Under the pieces are notes generated by a model. That model worked only from the letters and a program-made list of their open reading frames with translations, was not told the origin of the DNA and ran no database searches. Positions 15,352-17,622 of a stretch of DNA of 17,622 bases are shown here, in pieces; position 1 is the first letter of the stretch; the number at the start of each line of letters is the position of its first letter. Location of the stretch: the NCBI GenBank assembly GCA_030642995.1, contig DAOWMR010000015.1:1-17622 (forward strand), written 5' to 3'. The position numbers and the translations under genes are program-made. The stretch comes from Spirochaetales bacterium (lineage in GTDB: Bacteria; Spirochaetota; Spirochaetia; DSM-27196; SLST01).

Positions 15352-16188
15352 CTATTGATCATCCTTGATCAGCTTCTTCTTGAAATACGGAACCAACGTG
15401 AAGAAAAGGACGCCGATGGACAACAGTGCACCGTAAAGATAGTCCATCGTCTTCGTGCGGATAAACTGCGTGGGGGCGTCAATCGCCAGGATGGCAACCG
15501 CAGCAATGACGGCAAACCACCAGCCTTTGCGTTTGCCGACAGCCAACAGCGGAATGGAGATGACCAGCAGGATAACCGCCACCCAGTTAACCTCACCGGC
15601 CCAGCTGAACAACCACCACGTGAAGTCCTGATACATGGGATATCCAGGGCGGGTCCACATGGTTCGCTGGGCGCCAATACCGATGGTGAAGGCGTGAGTA
15701 GCCAACATGCCGATGAAAGTCAGGGCGCCGAAACGAGTCCACTTTTGCATTCTTTCGGCCTTGCGCAGGAAAATGAAGCTCCAATAACCTACCAGACCAG
15801 TGACCGAAATCAACAGCGGGATCGGGAAGCCGTCCACCCAACTGACGTACGGGAGGAACATGAACATACCGCCAATTGCAGGCAGCGCAAACAGAGTTAC
15901 GGCAAGCGGATAGGTCCACTCTTCGCCTTTCCTGATTTCTTGTGAGATCACGATCAGGGCGGCGCCTGCGACAAAAATGACGGCTCGCCAGATCGGATAG
16001 AAGAAATCAAAGAGCGGAATCCCGCTTTCAAACGTGGGGTGACCGGCGTTGATATGATCGATCAACCCGACCAATACTCGTTCAAGCGATTTCTGGACGA
16101 TGAAAGGGACCACGCCCACCATCAACAGGCCAATAACAATGGCGAGAACCGACATGACCGTTCGGTTTTTCTGTGAAGTTTCTTTCAT
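15352..16188 (-). CDS. Hypothetical polytopic membrane protein (278 aa)
   Basis: ATG 16188 (MKETSQKN) has AGGAGA 6 nt upstream (16200-16195); the track start at 16227 has no RBS. About 8 hydrophobic helices are present. I recognised no family. Confidence 0.75.
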   Translation of the reverse strand: MKETSQKNRTVMSVLAIVIGLLMVGVVPFIVQKSLERVLVGLIDHINAGHPTFESGIPLFDFFYPIWRAVIFVAGAALIVISQEIRKGEEWTYPLAVTLFALPAIGGMFMFLPYVSWVDGFPIPLLISVTGLVGYWSFIFLRKAERMQKWTRFGALTFIGMLATHAFTIGIGAQRTMWTRPGYPMYQDFTWWLFSWAGEVNWVAVILLVISIPLLAVGKRKGWWFAVIAAVAILAIDAPTQFIRTKTMDYLYGALLSIGVLFFTLVPYFKKKLIKDDQ

Positions 16189-16255
16189 TTTCACTCTCCT
16201 AGGAAAAAAATTGCGTTCTAGTGTCATGAGAATCGCAGATAAATTCGAAAGAGTA

Positions 16256-16271
16256 ATTGACCCAGGTCAAT
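16256..16271. promoter_or_regulatory. 16-bp perfect palindrome ATTGACC-CA-GGTCAAT (core TTGAC-N4-GTCAA), second copy of the element at 14439-14454
   Basis: Both halves are exact reverse complements. The centre lies about 75 nt upstream of ATG 16188 on the minus strand. It sits in the divergent intergenic region shared with the RpiR gene. Confidence 0.6.
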
Positions 16272-16373
16272 CGCGGGGGCAGCACGATCAACGCCGACGG
16301 GCGACATCATCCCCCAAAACAGAAATAAAACTTGCAGTGATTGAGCAAGAAGAAAGAAACTTTCCAAAAATCG

Positions 16374-16403
16374 TTGACAAAGGAATATTTCGGTACCCAT
16401 AAT
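16374..16403 (+). promoter_or_regulatory. Candidate sigma70 promoter for the RpiR-family regulator gene
   Basis: TTGACA (16374-16379), an 18-nt spacer, then CATAAT (16398-16403). The -10 element overlaps the track's ATG at 16402, which argues that the real start is ATG 16438. Confidence 0.5.
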
Positions 16404-16437
16404 GGGAAACACCGAAAGAGAACGGGAAGGAACCGAA

Positions 16438-17328
16438 ATGATAACAAAATCAGACAGCTATCATCAGATCATTGAAGTATATGACGATCTGTCTAGACAG
16501 CAGAAGAAGATTGCTGATGGGATCATCAATCGGTGCGACGAGATCGTCTTCTTTTCAATTACCCAGCTCGCGAATTTTCTCGGGGTGAGCGAAGCTACGA
16601 TTGTCCGGTTTGCTCAGCATCTGGGGCACAAGGGCTTCCCCGAACTGAAGGAAGACCTGGTGAAGTACTACCGGGAATATCTTACTCCCGGGGCACGGAT
16701 GAGACGATCCATTGAAGAATTCCCCGATGACCCTCTTCTGTATAAGAGCCATGCGGCACGTGAGATACAGCTGCTGGAGGAATCGCTCCAGGCAGTTGAC
16801 AACGATAGTTTTGTTCAAGCTGTTGAAGCGATCGTTCAGGCCGAGCGGATATTTCTTTTCGGTAACGGAGGGAATGAATGCCTTGCCAATCATCTCACCT
16901 TTCGTCTCTCCCGTTTCAAGTTGAAAGCCATACAGCAATCCGTTTCGGGAAAAAATCTCTTTGAAAAATTCCTGCAGATAGAAAAGAGCGATCTCATAAT
17001 CGCCTATCATTTCTATAAACCAACAATAGACTTCAGGCGGCTCATGGAGGTGAGTGCTGAACGGGAGGTTCCTGTTCTCCTCATGACTGATTCCCTCGTG
17101 CCGCCGATGATTCGTCACGCCAAAATCGTTCTTTTTGCTCCGAGGGGCTCAGCCGGGACCTTCCATTCTCAGGTTGTCCCAATGGCCATCAACAACGCCC
17201 TGATAAATGGCGTAGCCAGCAAGCTCGGGAACAAGGCTGTGAAGGCATTACAGGAGTTGAGTGATATGAGGCAAAAACATTATTTCAGTGACTTTTCCTC
17301 ACTGATATCACATGAAAACGATCAATGA
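16438..17328 (+). CDS. RpiR/MurR-family transcriptional regulator (HTH_6 plus SIS domain)
   Basis: The N-terminal HTH reads LSRQQKKIADGIINRCDEIVFFSITQLANFLGVSEATIVRFAQHLGHKGFPELKEDL. The SIS-like part includes ERIFLFGNGGNECLANHLTFRLSRFK. ATG 16438 follows GGGAAGGA. Confidence 0.9.
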   Translation: MITKSDSYHQIIEVYDDLSRQQKKIADGIINRCDEIVFFSITQLANFLGVSEATIVRFAQHLGHKGFPELKEDLVKYYREYLTPGARMRRSIEEFPDDPLLYKSHAAREIQLLEESLQAVDNDSFVQAVEAIVQAERIFLFGNGGNECLANHLTFRLSRFKLKAIQQSVSGKNLFEKFLQIEKSDLIIAYHFYKPTIDFRRLMEVSAEREVPVLLMTDSLVPPMIRHAKIVLFAPRGSAGTFHSQVVPMAINNALINGVASKLGNKAVKALQELSDMRQKHYFSDFSSLISHENDQ

Positions 17329-17622
17329 ACCACGAAATTCTCCTCGGCGCAGTTTGCTATCAGGAGTATTCCAGAGACTATCTTGATTTTCTTGAACTAG
17401 CGGCCGAGCTCAAACTCTCCTGGGTCGAGTTCAAATACGAACCACCTCTCTGTTATCGAAGTAGATCGCGCAGATATGTCGATATTCGGAAACAGGCTGA
17501 TGATTTCGGAATCAACCTGTCCATGCACACCGCATTTGACGGTTTGAATATCGCCTCCCTGGATGACAAGGAGCGAGCCCGGTCTCTTGATACTGTACAG
17601 GAGTCGATTGATGCAGCTGCGC
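17325..17622 (+). CDS. Sugar phosphate isomerase/epimerase-like protein (xylose isomerase-like TIM barrel), 5' fragment
   Basis: Its ATG overlaps the RpiR stop codon (ATGA at 17325-17328). Hand translation gives MNHEILLGAVCYQEYSRDYLDFLELAAELKLSWVEFKYEPP...FGINLSMHTAFDGLNIASLDDKERARSLDTVQESIDAA, which fits the N-terminus of AP-endonuclease-2/xylose-isomerase-like TIM barrels. The gene is truncated by the window end. Confidence 0.6.
   Translation, partial: MNHEILLGAVCYQEYSRDYLDFLELAAELKLSWVEFKYEPPLCYRSRSRRYVDIRKQADDFGINLSMHTAFDGLNIASLDDKERARSLDTVQESIDAAA

Noticed and set aside
15304-15945. A 213-aa plus-strand ORF.
   Set aside because: It is antisense to the two paralogous membrane protein genes. 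It is rich in Gln, Arg and Asp, of low complexity, and has no RBS.
1-17622. A scan of the whole window for CRISPR repeats, tRNA/rRNA genes, IS elements, integrases, toxin-antitoxin pairs and known defence-system genes.
   Set aside because: - I saw no regularly spaced direct repeats.
- The intergenic regions are too short for structured RNA genes.
- No ORF has transposase, integrase, nuclease or NTPase defence-like motifs.

Overview
This is a bacterial chromosomal window with about 22 genes and no rRNA, tRNA, CRISPR array, transposase or integrase that I could see. All calls come from reading the six-frame ORFs, motifs and intergenic DNA; no searches were run.

- **Block i (1-3407):** a URO-D-family gene on the minus strand whose frame breaks at two homopolymers, a menA-like prenyltransferase, and a large-type malic enzyme.
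- **Block ii (3443-9059, minus strand):** a YtrA-type GntR regulator, a polytopic SPFH/stomatin protein, an ABC ATPase, two ABC-2 permeases, a 69-aa membrane peptide and, possibly in the same unit, an HD-domain protein. A perfect inverted-repeat operator sits in the regulator leader.
- **Block iii (9184-11857, plus strand):** a heme O synthase-like (CtaB/CyoE) gene followed by three polytopic membrane proteins I cannot assign.
- **Block iv (11854-16188, minus strand):** converges on block iii, with the stop codons overlapping in a 4-nt TTAG. It encodes two paralogous unassigned membrane proteins, then a 513-aa 12-TM protein translationally coupled to an FGE-sulfatase-fold lipoprotein.
- **Block v (16438-17622, plus strand):** an RpiR/MurR regulator and the start of a sugar-phosphate isomerase/epimerase-like gene.

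Blocks iii and iv are the best candidate for an undescribed system. The 12-TM protein is built from three 4-TM repeats, and its intramembrane His motifs fall at positions that parallel the metal ligands of heme-copper oxidase subunit I. Both transcription units of block iv are preceded by the same TTGACC-N2-GGTCAA palindrome plus a conserved flank. Taken together this suggests a possible divergent heme/metal membrane redox complex. This is a hypothesis that needs profile and structure searches.
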